This document shows positions 1 through 8,543 of a DNA stretch of 64,000 bases, one piece after another. Position numbers and translations under genes: made by a program. Numbering within the stretch: the first letter of the stretch is position 1; each line of letters opens with the position of its first letter. The stretch covers positions 423,801 to 487,800 of the forward strand of contig CBDCFN010000015.1 in NCBI GenBank assembly GCA_965216315.1, in the 5' to 3' direction. Under the pieces are notes generated by a model, which made no database searches, was not told the DNA's origin, and saw only the letters and a program-made list of their open reading frames with translations. The stretch is from a bacterium (GTDB lineage: Bacteria > UBA10199 > 2-02-FULL-50-16 > JAJFLM01).

Positions 1-2
1 TT

Positions 3-554
3 CACGAAATCGAGCTTCGTACAATTGACAACAAGCAACGGACTTTCATTATAGTCAAAAAAGAAAGACTTGTAAGCCTCCAAGACGTTTTCCAGGTATT
101 CGATTTTCAGTTTTTTTTCATAGGCGACTTTGCGTTGTTTGACGTGTTTTTTGAGCTGGTGCGCATCGGCCTCGAGGTAGATTACGAGGTCCGGTTTGGG
201 CAGGCCTTCGATCAGCTCGGTGTAAAGCTGCCGGTAGAGTTGGAGTTCGTCGTCTTCCAAGTTGAGTTCGGCAAAGACCCAATCTTTAAGAAAGGAATAG
301 TCGCTGATCGTAATGCCTTCCGACTCCGCTTCTCGCTGCAGGTGCTGCTGTTGCTGGTAGCGCGAGAGCAAGAACGCCAGTTGGGTTGAAAAGGCATAAC
401 GTTGGGGGTCTTCGTAAAAGCGTTGCAAGAAGGGGTTCTCGTCTGGTTGTTCGAGAAAGAGTCGGGCATCCAGGTCCGCGGCGAGGCGTTTGGCGAGGCT
501 GGTCTTGCCGGCCCCGATCGGGCCTTCGATTGCGATGTAGCGAGGTTGCGACAT
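3..554 (-). CDS. Deoxynucleoside kinase (dNK family), 3'-truncated by the window edge
   Basis: Not in the ORF track. Manual translation from ATG 554 gives MSQPRYIAIEGPIGAGKTSLAKRLA...ENPFLQRFY, the P-loop and ENPFL motifs of dNK. Confidence 0.88.
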   Translation of the reverse strand, partial: MSQPRYIAIEGPIGAGKTSLAKRLAADLDARLFLEQPDENPFLQRFYEDPQRYAFSTQLAFLLSRYQQQQHLQREAESEGITISDYSFLKDWVFAELNLEDDELQLYRQLYTELIEGLPKPDLVIYLEADAHQLKKHVKQRKVAYEKKLKIEYLENVLEAYKSFFFDYNESPLLVVNCTKLDFV

Positions 555-690
555 ATAGGATGGCTCTACCAGACCGAAGGGGCATTGTCTAAGAATTGCG
601 TAATATGCGACCAAATTGGTCATCTATTGCATTTCCCGCTATAATCTGGTTGACTCAGCGATTCAGGGCACAATGGAGAGGACTTGATAA

Positions 691-2802
691 GTGATTAGAA
701 ACACTCAGGAATTACAAGGGGCTTGGGCCAAACAAATCGAAGAATTTGAGCAGGCGGTCCAGGATTTTCTCGCTCAAAAGATCAGCGACGCCAAATTTCA
801 GCGCATGCGACTCCAGAATGGGGTCTATGGTCAACGCCAAGATGGTGTCCAGATGATCCGCATTAAGATTCCTTACGGGGGTCTCAGTGCCGAGCAATTT
901 GAACGCATCGCGGACGTCTGTGAAAAGTATTCTAAGGGCGTCGCCCACATCACGACCCGTCAGGATATTCAAATTCATTTTGTCCAAGTGACGAACGCGC
1001 CGGCTTTGATGCGCGATCTCGGCGAGGTTGGCATTACCACCCGCGAAGCCTGCGGCAATACCGTGCGTAATGTCACGGCCTGTCCCTATGCCGGCTGTGC
1101 CGCCGACGAGCCCTTTGATGTGACGCCTTATGCGCAGGCCTTTGCCTACCACATGCTCTGGAATCCGATTTGTCAGAACATGAGTCGCAAATTCAAAGTT
1201 GCCTTTGAAGGCTGCCATGAAGACCATGCGCGTATTCGTATCCATGACATTGGCTTGCAGGCCCGCATTCAAGACGGCAAACGCGGGTTTAAAGTCTATG
1301 TGGCGGGAAGCCTTGGTTCCTCCCCGATGACGGGGCATCTTTTTTATGAGTTTATGCCGGTGGAAGAGATGATTCCCTTTGCCGAGTCAATCTTACGCGT
1401 CTTTGATCGTTATGGGGAACGCAAGACCCGTTCAAAGGCGCGGATGAAATTTGTCGTCAAGACCTTGGGCTTTGAAAAGTTCAAGGAACTCGTCGACGCC
1501 GAGCGGGCTGCGCTCAAGGTGGACCCGGCTTGGAACGATTATCTCAAGACTATTTCAGATAGCGAGCAAAGCGAGCGAGAGGGGGAGGCTCGGCGAGGTC
1601 CCCTTGCCGAGGGGGCGACGCAAGCCCCTATAATCGCTGAGACGCCGGACTATCTTGAATGGAAGCAAAGCAACGTGCGCCCTCAGGGCCAGGACGGGTA
1701 CTCAATGGTCGATATTCGTTTACCACTCGGGGATATGGTGCCGGATCAAATGCGCCCGCTGGCCGGATTGTTGCGCCAATACGCTAATGGAAAGATACGG
1801 ATGACGATCGAACAAAACATGGTCGTGCGTTGGGTTCGCAACGAAGACCTGCCGTCATTCTATCAAGAGCTCAAAAAACTTAAGATGCATCATGCGGGTG
1901 TCGATTCCGTCTATGATATCCTCGCCTGCCCGGGCACGGATACCTGCCGTTTGGGCATTGCCGGATCACGTCCCTTGGCTTCGGTGCTCGAAGAACGACT
2001 CCAAGCTGAAAATGGAAAGATCTCCGAGCTGGCAAAAGACATCCACATCAAGATCTCCGGTTGCCCGAATTCGTGCGGCCAACATCATTTGGGTCAGATT
2101 GGTTTTCACGGGGCGGCCTTGCCGCAAAAGGGTCATGTTGTACCGGCCTTTCAACTTCATCTCGGTGGTGGGGCCACTCCGGATAAGACGACGATCGGTC
2201 AGATTGTCATGAAGATCCCTTCCAAAAACGTCCCGGAGGCGACGGTGCGTTTGATCACGCACTATGCGGAACAGCGCCGGGACGGCGAAGAATTTAACGC
2301 CTTTTATGCGCGCATCGGTCGCGAGGCGACGCAAGAACTTCTGCATGAATTCGAGCAAGTGAAGACACACGAAGAAGATCCTGAATTCTACGTCGATTGG
2401 GGGGACAAAGAAGAGTTTGGGTTGCAGAAAGGTGTCGTCGGCGAATGCGCGGGTTCCCCAGTCTCCGATGTTGTACCGGTACTGGCCGATGCGGAGGCCC
2501 CGCTCGAACAGGCGCGGGCCTTGTCGAAGCACGGCGAACATGATGCCGCCATGGCCAAGGCCTACGAAGCGATCGCCAAGGCCGCGGATGTCTTGCTCTA
2601 CACCAAGATGGTGCAGACCTTTAACTCTTTAGAGAGCATTCAGGAGTTTGATAATCATTTTGTGCGTACCGGGGAATTCAAAGAGCTCGACGGCTTTCGC
2701 GCGGATATGGACAGCTTGATTGCGGCCGCTCCGAGTGAGGCGAGTGCCCAGGCCTTGATTGAAAAGGCCGAGGCTGTCTTTGGCCACGTCAGAGCGAAAT
2801 AG
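691..2802 (+). CDS. Ferredoxin-dependent nitrite/sulfite reductase (NirA/Sir family) with a C-terminal helical extension
   Basis: GVYGQRQ, TTRQDIQ, ACGNTVRNV; siroheme/4Fe-4S cysteines ACPGTDTC and SGCPNSCG. Confidence 0.92.
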   Translation: MIRNTQELQGAWAKQIEEFEQAVQDFLAQKISDAKFQRMRLQNGVYGQRQDGVQMIRIKIPYGGLSAEQFERIADVCEKYSKGVAHITTRQDIQIHFVQVTNAPALMRDLGEVGITTREACGNTVRNVTACPYAGCAADEPFDVTPYAQAFAYHMLWNPICQNMSRKFKVAFEGCHEDHARIRIHDIGLQARIQDGKRGFKVYVAGSLGSSPMTGHLFYEFMPVEEMIPFAESILRVFDRYGERKTRSKARMKFVVKTLGFEKFKELVDAERAALKVDPAWNDYLKTISDSEQSEREGEARRGPLAEGATQAPIIAETPDYLEWKQSNVRPQGQDGYSMVDIRLPLGDMVPDQMRPLAGLLRQYANGKIRMTIEQNMVVRWVRNEDLPSFYQELKKLKMHHAGVDSVYDILACPGTDTCRLGIAGSRPLASVLEERLQAENGKISELAKDIHIKISGCPNSCGQHHLGQIGFHGAALPQKGHVVPAFQLHLGGGATPDKTTIGQIVMKIPSKNVPEATVRLITHYAEQRRDGEEFNAFYARIGREATQELLHEFEQVKTHEEDPEFYVDWGDKEEFGLQKGVVGECAGSPVSDVVPVLADAEAPLEQARALSKHGEHDAAMAKAYEAIAKAADVLLYTKMVQTFNSLESIQEFDNHFVRTGEFKELDGFRADMDSLIAAAPSEASAQALIEKAEAVFGHVRAK
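1560..1630 (+). repeat. 71-bp TA-bounded palindromic element inserted in-frame (copy 1)
   Basis: TAGCGAG...GAGCGAGAGGGGGAGGCTC-hairpin-GAGGGGGCGACGCAAGCCCCTA; matches the reverse complement of 17574-17644. Confidence 0.85.
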
Positions 2803-3258
2803 CTACGCGATCACCTTGAGCGACCGGATCTCCTGAAAATCTTGATCAAAGGTGACGAGGTGCACTTTTGGTACTTCCTTGAGAAATAGCAGTATCAAAA
2901 CGTCATGGAAATTAAAACGGCCCTGGTGACGTGTCATGGTAGTGATAATTGTCTTGTAGTGAGTGGGAATCAATTCGTAGAGGCAAAGGATCGGGTAATC
3001 GCTAATTGCGGCGCGGAATCGCTTGGTGAAATTGGCAAATTCGGCCTGCAGGCCTTTGGATTCGCAGCGTTTCGCAAAGACGCTCAAGACTTCGTTAATG
3101 ATGGCATCGCTAATAAAAAATTGGACTTCGACAGTTTGGATTTCCGTCAATAAATGAACGGCCCGTGCGTGATGGACATCGCGGGCGTCCAAGAGGGCGA
3201 CCAGAAAATTGGCATCCAGCAGATATTGCGGGAGCTTATTCGAAATACGCATCGGCAT
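2803..3258 (-). CDS. PIN-domain (VapC-like) toxin
   Basis: YLLDANFLVAL...HHARA...INEVL...FHDVLI...LVTFDQDF acidic PIN motifs; start overlaps the antitoxin 3' end (ATG 3258 or 3252). Confidence 0.85.
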   Translation of the reverse strand: MPMRISNKLPQYLLDANFLVALLDARDVHHARAVHLLTEIQTVEVQFFISDAIINEVLSVFAKRCESKGLQAEFANFTKRFRAAISDYPILCLYELIPTHYKTIITTMTRHQGRFNFHDVLILLFLKEVPKVHLVTFDQDFQEIRSLKVIA

Positions 3259-3472
3259 CTTCGACCGCATCGCCACCGAGGGAGACGATGCCAACCAGCT
3301 TCTTGAGATCTTGTTGGGGTGGCTGCTTGATCGGACGCACTGAGTCTTCTTTTTCCAAGAAATCGCGGATCAAGGCCATTACCAAGCCGGTCTTTTTGTA
3401 GCCTTGTTCCCGACAAACTTGGTCCAGTTTTTTCGCCAGTTCAGGCTCAAGTCGTAGGGTAAATGCGGACAT
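3236..3472 (-). CDS. RHH/CopG-family antitoxin
   Basis: MSAFTLRLEPELAKKLDQVC...KTGLVMALIRDFL ribbon-helix-helix pattern; directly upstream of the PIN gene; GAGGAG RBS. Confidence 0.8.
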   Translation of the reverse strand: MSAFTLRLEPELAKKLDQVCREQGYKKTGLVMALIRDFLEKEDSVRPIKQPPQQDLKKLVGIVSLGGDAVEDADAYFE

Positions 3473-3496
3473 GTCATTTATCTCCTCTGTACATTA

Positions 3497-3525
3497 ATGG
3501 TATCAAAAGGTATCATTTGATGCAA
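3497..3525 (-). promoter_or_regulatory. sigma70-like promoter of the RHH-PIN operon overlapped by a TGATACC direct repeat (putative operator)
   Basis: Minus strand TTGCAT-N17-TACCAT; TGATACC occurs twice in the spacer and -10. Confidence 0.6.
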
Positions 3526-3539
3526 GAAGGTTGCTTAAT

Positions 3540-3567
3540 AAAAAAGGCGGCCCTAAGGCCGCCCTTT
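3540..3567 (-). terminator. Intrinsic terminator after lacD
   Basis: GGCGGCC-TTAG-GGCCGCC hairpin followed by a T-run on the minus strand. Confidence 0.7.
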
Positions 3568-3582
3568 AATGCAAATCTTGAC

Positions 3583-3607
3583 GGGCGCAGCAAGCAGCGC
3601 CCCTACA
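3583..3607. repeat. REP-like palindrome (GTAG family)
   Basis: GGGCGCAGCAAGCAGCGCCCCTACA; near-identical at 25319-25343 and, inverted, at 46955-46979. Confidence 0.8.
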
Positions 3608-3612
3608 ATCAA

Positions 3613-4620
3613 CTATTCAACCTCAAACAAATCTTTCCAGGGCTTCGCGCCTTTTTCGAGGACGTCGTTGAGCATCTGGATATTCTGCACCCCGCGGTCT
3701 TGGAGCCAGGTTTCCAGTCCGGCTGCGCCTTCTTTACCGAAAATCGGAATGCCTTCTTTCCAGGTGGCTCGTCCGCAGAGCACGCCGTTGTAGGACACAC
3801 CCGCTTCACCCGCCAACTCGAGACTCTCGCGGAACTCCGCATCACTGACCCCGGCGGAGAGGTAGATGAAAGGCAGCTTGGTGGCACTCGCGGCCTCGCG
3901 GTAATGGGCGAGGGCGTCTTGCATTGAATATGCGACCTGGCCGGCAAAAGAGCGGCTTCCCTCGATGCACTTGACGTTGACCGGGATCTCCACCTTGAGG
4001 ACCGAGACGTGATACTTAGGGTCGGAATATTCCGCCATGCTTTTGGCGACAATCTCCGGTTTTTTCTTGGCGTATTCGACATCGGTCTTGGGGTCTTCAT
4101 CGTTGAGGCCGTAACCGACAAACTCCAAGAAGAAGGGCATGTCATGGGCATCACATTCTTCCCCGACCTTTTGGGTGAAGTCGTGTTTTTGCGCGTTGAT
4201 GCCGGCGTCTTCATCCGGGTGATAATAGATCAACAGTTTAATCGCGTCGGCGCCGGCTTCCACGGCTTGGGCGACGCTCCAGTTCTCTAAGAGTTGAGGC
4301 ATCTTGCCGGGGACGGCATTGTCATAACCGGTCTGTTCGTAGGCCAGGAGCAGGCCCGCGTTTTCGCTGCGCTGCTTGGCGGCTTCAAGGCCGTATTCAG
4401 GATCCAATAAAATGGCGCTGGCATAAGGGGTCAGGACTTTCGTGACCACCGTTTTGAATTCCGCCATCACTTCATCGGTGATTTCCGATGGCGTCAGCCC
4501 TCGCTCTTTGGCGATGGACTTTTTGAGTGAGCCGCGCTGATCCATGGCGGCGGCTGAGATATATCCCTTGTCGTGGCTCAATCTGAGCATGCGGTCGAAT
4601 TTCTTTTTACTGATCTTCAT
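3613..4620 (-). CDS. lacD: Tagatose-1,6-bisphosphate aldolase (class I, LacD family)
   Basis: AAMDQRGSL, AILLDPEYG, LLAYEQTGYD, LKVEIP, YLSAGVS, GVLCGRATW. Confidence 0.88.
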   Translation of the reverse strand: MKISKKKFDRMLRLSHDKGYISAAAMDQRGSLKKSIAKERGLTPSEITDEVMAEFKTVVTKVLTPYASAILLDPEYGLEAAKQRSENAGLLLAYEQTGYDNAVPGKMPQLLENWSVAQAVEAGADAIKLLIYYHPDEDAGINAQKHDFTQKVGEECDAHDMPFFLEFVGYGLNDEDPKTDVEYAKKKPEIVAKSMAEYSDPKYHVSVLKVEIPVNVKCIEGSRSFAGQVAYSMQDALAHYREAASATKLPFIYLSAGVSDAEFRESLELAGEAGVSYNGVLCGRATWKEGIPIFGKEGAAGLETWLQDRGVQNIQMLNDVLEKGAKPWKDLFEVE

Positions 4621-4638
4621 TGAGTGAATCCTCCTAAA

Positions 4639-5826
4639 TTAACTTAATGCTTCCTTCATTCTCTTTAAGCCTGCTTTGATGTTTTCCATCGAGGTGGCAT
4701 AGGAAAATCTGACATAACCCTCGGCCCCAAAACCGATCCCCGGAACGACGGCAATCTTGGCCTGGTCGAGTAAATAGTCGGCGAGTTCTGTTGAGGTACT
4801 AATTGTCTGGCCTCCAAACGCTTTTCCGAACAGGCCACTGACGTTGGGAAAGACGTAAAAGGCGCCTTGGGGGGTCGAACATGAGACGCCCTCAATCTCA
4901 TTGAGTCCCGCGACGATGACGTCGCGTCGCTTTTGAAACTCTGCGACCCAATCGTTGAGAAAATCTTGGGGGCCGTCGTAGGCGGCGACGCAGGCCCACT
5001 GGGTCGCCGTGGCGATATTGGTTGTGACCTGCCCCTGGAGTTTGGCGCAGGCCCGCATGATTTCGCGCGGTCCGGCGACAAAACCCATGCGCCAGCCCGT
5101 CATGGAATAACATTTACTGGCGCCGCTGCAGACGATGCTCCGCTCTTGCATGCCGGGTTGCTCAGCGATGCTGCTAAATTCAAACCCGTCGTAGATGATT
5201 TTTTCGTAGATATCGTCAGTTACGACCAGAACGTCGCGCTTTTTGAGGACCTCGGCGAGGGCCCCCAGTTCATCGCGGCTGTAAGCAGCACCTGTCGGAT
5301 TGGAAGGGGAGTTTAAAACAAAGTATTGCGTTTTTTCAGTGATGGCGGCGTCCAGTTGTTCGGGCGTGACCTTGAAACCGTTGCGGTCGGATGTCTCGAT
5401 GATGACCGGCTTGGCATCGTTGAGTTCAACTTGGGGTGGATAGCTCACCCAGTAAGGGGCTGGGATGATGACTTCGTCGCCCGCTTGCAAAAGGACCTGG
5501 GCTAAATTGTACAGGGAGTGTTTGCCCCCGCAGGACACAACGATCTGGTCCGGTTCGTACTTGAGGCCCTGATCCCGTTCCAACTTGTTGATGATTGCGG
5601 CCTTGAGTTCGGGGATGCCATCAGCGGCCGTGTACTTGGTTTTGCCGGCCTTGAGGGATTCGACGGCCGCGGCCTTAATATGTTCCGGCGTATCAAAATC
5701 CGGTTCACCGGCGCCAAAGCCAATCACATCAATACCATCCGCCTTCATTTGTTTGGCCTTGGTTGTGATGGCCACTGTCGGTGAGGGCTGGATGCGTCCG
5801 ATGCGTTCTGAGAGTCGGTAAGCCAT
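4639..5826 (-). CDS. aspC: PLP-dependent class I aminotransferase (aspartate aminotransferase)
   Basis: GAGEPDFDTP, NSPSNPTG, DDIYE, SKCYSMTGWRMG (PLP lysine). Confidence 0.88.
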   Translation of the reverse strand: MAYRLSERIGRIQPSPTVAITTKAKQMKADGIDVIGFGAGEPDFDTPEHIKAAAVESLKAGKTKYTAADGIPELKAAIINKLERDQGLKYEPDQIVVSCGGKHSLYNLAQVLLQAGDEVIIPAPYWVSYPPQVELNDAKPVIIETSDRNGFKVTPEQLDAAITEKTQYFVLNSPSNPTGAAYSRDELGALAEVLKKRDVLVVTDDIYEKIIYDGFEFSSIAEQPGMQERSIVCSGASKCYSMTGWRMGFVAGPREIMRACAKLQGQVTTNIATATQWACVAAYDGPQDFLNDWVAEFQKRRDVIVAGLNEIEGVSCSTPQGAFYVFPNVSGLFGKAFGGQTISTSTELADYLLDQAKIAVVPGIGFGAEGYVRFSYATSMENIKAGLKRMKEALS

Positions 5827-6311
5827 TACAGTAACTTTTCCTTTAAGCGTTTTTCGACCCGGGGATCCAACATGCCTTCACAGGACCCACCGTACTTGAC
5901 AATTTCTTTGATCAAGGTCGAACTCAAATGGGAATAGCGCGATTCCGTCATCATAAAAATCGTGTCGATCGAGTCATCGAGTTTGCGATTGGCATGCGCC
6001 ATTTGGAATTCGTATTCGTAGTCGCTCACGGTGCGCAAACCGCGGAGGATGGCATTGGCGTTACGTGATTTGGCATAATCGACCAAGAGCTTGTCCGTGA
6101 AGCTATCGATAATCACGCGATCGTTGTCACCCAAGAGTTCGCGGAGCAATCCCTCGCGTTCTTCCACAGTGAACACCGTCTGTTTGGTTGAATTGACGGC
6201 GATCGCGACGATGATCTGATCAAACAGCTCCAACCCGCGTTCCACGATATTCACGTGGCCGTGGGTGATCGGATCAAAGCTCCCCGGATAAATGGCAACA
6301 CTCGCGCTCAT
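5826..6311 (-). CDS. coaD: Phosphopantetheine adenylyltransferase
   Basis: YPGSFDPITHGH, RGLRTVSDYEYE, SSTLIKE. Confidence 0.96.
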   Translation of the reverse strand: MSASVAIYPGSFDPITHGHVNIVERGLELFDQIIVAIAVNSTKQTVFTVEEREGLLRELLGDNDRVIIDSFTDKLLVDYAKSRNANAILRGLRTVSDYEYEFQMAHANRKLDDSIDTIFMMTESRYSHLSSTLIKEIVKYGGSCEGMLDPRVEKRLKEKLL

Positions 6312-6367
6312 TGCGAATTGTGTCTACGATAGGGAAAGCGCGGCCGCAAGGGCTTTCTCCAAGCCGG

Positions 6368-6907
6368 CTATATCCTTTCCAAAAAGCTAATCAGGGTCTG
6401 TCCATAGGTCCGGGTTTCATCGACCTTAAAGTCGTCAGTCGCCTTAATGGGTTCGCGGGGGGAATGCTCGACGATGATGAGGCCATTATCCGCAAGAAGG
6501 GGGCCGAGCTCGTTGAGCGTCCTCATTACGAGCCCCTCGTCATAAGGTGGATCGACAAATATTAGGTCGAAGTTGACCCTTTTCTCTCCCAGCTTTTGGA
6601 GGGTTTGGTCAACGCTGAGTGGCACGATCTCGGCCTGGCTGGTAAAGTCGCAGGTCTCCAGATTCTTTTGCAAGGCGATGATGGCTTGACGGCTATTATC
6701 GACAAAAGTCGCATGACTTGCCCCGCGGGAGAGGGCCTCAATGCCGATGGCCCCGCAGCCGGCGAAGAGATCCAGAACAGTGCAACCGTTGATATCCCCC
6801 AGGATATTGAAGATAGCCTCTTTGACCTGGGCGAGAGCAGGGCGCGTGCCCGGCCCCTTGGGGGCGACGAGTTTGCGATTTTTTGCGGAGCCGGCAATAA
6901 CGCGCAT
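6368..6907 (-). CDS. rsmD: 16S rRNA m2G966 methyltransferase
   Basis: MRVIAGSAK, LDLFAGCG, EALSRGA, DPPY; conserved rsmD-coaD synteny. Confidence 0.93.
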   Translation of the reverse strand: MRVIAGSAKNRKLVAPKGPGTRPALAQVKEAIFNILGDINGCTVLDLFAGCGAIGIEALSRGASHATFVDNSRQAIIALQKNLETCDFTSQAEIVPLSVDQTLQKLGEKRVNFDLIFVDPPYDEGLVMRTLNELGPLLADNGLIIVEHSPREPIKATDDFKVDETRTYGQTLISFLERI

Positions 6908-7062
6908 ACTTAGTCGTAGTTTTTTTTATTTGCGAACGCAATCCCACTGCGTTGTGAACCGATAAGGCAACAAGTCTAGGGACTTGAACATTTTACATTC
7001 ATTTTACTTGTTTGGGGACCGCAGCGGGATTATATATCTAAGAATAACAAAGGAATAAAACC

Positions 7063-7653
7063 ATTATCAAACAATTCACAAAATACATCAGTGTTGTTGG
7101 CATCGCATTTTTTGTCCTCAATGGTTGCGGGAATACCTTTGGTCCGGAGCCATTGAATCCCAATTTCCCGAGTCTCGGTGATACCGGTATTGAGCCGTCG
7201 GCTTCGGTTGACATTAATAGCCAGGGCCAAGTGATCGATATTGCACCGAGTATCGAAGATAATGTTGCCACAGGAATTACGGACTTCAGCGGCGCGGTCG
7301 GAACGATTGCCGATCAAAGCGAGGAGAGCGTACTCTGCGTGATTCTCGACGGCGAAGGCGGCAATGTGGATCTCGCTGTCTGTGATGCGGAGAGCGCCAA
7401 TCGTGAGACGAGTTCGGCCGACAAGGTCTGTCCGGACACGATCGGCGCCAGCCATTGTGTCTCGGTCGTGGGCTCGCGGGAGCCTGATTTTTGCACGGTT
7501 ACGGGGGCGCGTGACTATGTTTTTTCCATCATCAATCGCACAGCCAGTGAAGTGAGGGCCGCCTACCAAGTCGTTGATGTGACGCTCCTGCCCAATCAAT
7601 CCTGCGAAGACCTTAATATTACTGAGGATTCTATAATTGCGGATACGCAGTAG
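7063..7653 (+). CDS. Cys-rich lipoprotein of unknown function, probable ATT start
   Basis: Frame is open upstream of the track's 7153 start and encodes IKQFTKYISVVGIAFFVLNG-C (lipobox-like); AAGGA lies 8 nt before ATT 7063. Confidence 0.6.
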   Translation: MIKQFTKYISVVGIAFFVLNGCGNTFGPEPLNPNFPSLGDTGIEPSASVDINSQGQVIDIAPSIEDNVATGITDFSGAVGTIADQSEESVLCVILDGEGGNVDLAVCDAESANRETSSADKVCPDTIGASHCVSVVGSREPDFCTVTGARDYVFSIINRTASEVRAAYQVVDVTLLPNQSCEDLNITEDSIIADTQ

Positions 7654-7677
7654 AGGCGCTTCGCGAAGCGCCTCTAC
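7650..7677. repeat. Perfect 28-bp GTAG-ended palindrome (REP-like)
   Basis: GTAGAGGCGCTTCG|CGAAGCGCCTCTAC overlapping the stop codon. Confidence 0.75.
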
Positions 7678-7718
7678 ATGCCTTGACAAGCGGATGAATA
7701 GCCACTAGACAGAGCCCC

Positions 7719-8543
7719 ATGAGACAGAAACCTTTATTTTTTGCGGGTTTGCTGCTGGCCGTGTTCTTGAGTCACGGTGTCCGAGCAGAAACAATTTATA
7801 AGACACGTTTCGACAAAATAATGCTCGTTCCGGTGGATAAGAGTATTACGCAAGGCGAGCCGGTGGATCATCCGGCGACCATCAGTGAGGCCAAGGTCTA
7901 CAATATGCTCGGCTCGTTGCGCTTCGATCGCCGCGCGCTTATTTTAAAAGATGTTGAGGACATTCGCCTCTTCGATCAACGTGGCCTCAAGCTGCTATCT
8001 CCTTACATTGCGCAGGCCTTGCAACAAGCGAATTCGGACCAGATGGTGCAATTCGTTTATATTAAGAAAGCACCTAAGTGGCGGGTCTTTCGCAATGATC
8101 GGCTCATCAGCGCCAAGCTCTATGTTAGAGGGGGCGAGATGTACATGCATTTCACTAAGCTGTACGCCAAGATCTTCGGCGATTATCAACGCCAAGGGAA
8201 AGAACAACGCTTCTTGCAAAAGGCCAAAGATGTCCGGGTCTCTCTAGCTCCCAAGCCGGGACAACGAACCCTCGAGTCGAAATTCGTTGCACTTAAAATA
8301 GACCATGATTTCAAGTCCGACTTAGCTGCGATTGCGGCCGAGGAAGAGGCTGCTAAGCAAGCCGCTGAAGAGGCTGAAAAGGTCAGAGGTGTCCCGGTGC
8401 CGGACTCCACCGCGTCGGTGCCGAAGGCTCCGGATCAGGAGTCTGAAAAACGATTGCAGACCCTCAAAGAGTTGCGGAAGAAAAAGTTGATCTCGGAGCG
8501 TGAATATCAGCAGAAGCGCAAAGAGATTATTGGTGAGATTTAA
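7719..8543 (+). CDS. Secreted protein with a C-terminal SHOCT domain
   Basis: Signal peptide (...HGVRA-E); C-terminal RLQTLKELRKKKLISEREYQQKRKEII. Confidence 0.75.
   Translation: MRQKPLFFAGLLLAVFLSHGVRAETIYKTRFDKIMLVPVDKSITQGEPVDHPATISEAKVYNMLGSLRFDRRALILKDVEDIRLFDQRGLKLLSPYIAQALQQANSDQMVQFVYIKKAPKWRVFRNDRLISAKLYVRGGEMYMHFTKLYAKIFGDYQRQGKEQRFLQKAKDVRVSLAPKPGQRTLESKFVALKIDHDFKSDLAAIAAEEEAAKQAAEEAEKVRGVPVPDSTASVPKAPDQESEKRLQTLKELRKKKLISEREYQQKRKEIIGEI

Noticed and set aside
135..644. Short ORFs listed in the track
   Set aside because: Shadows of the unlisted, edge-truncated deoxynucleoside kinase on the minus strand.
7030..7689. 219-aa minus-strand ORF
   Set aside because: The plus-strand frame has a lipoprotein signal, an RBS and a coherent composition, so it is preferred.
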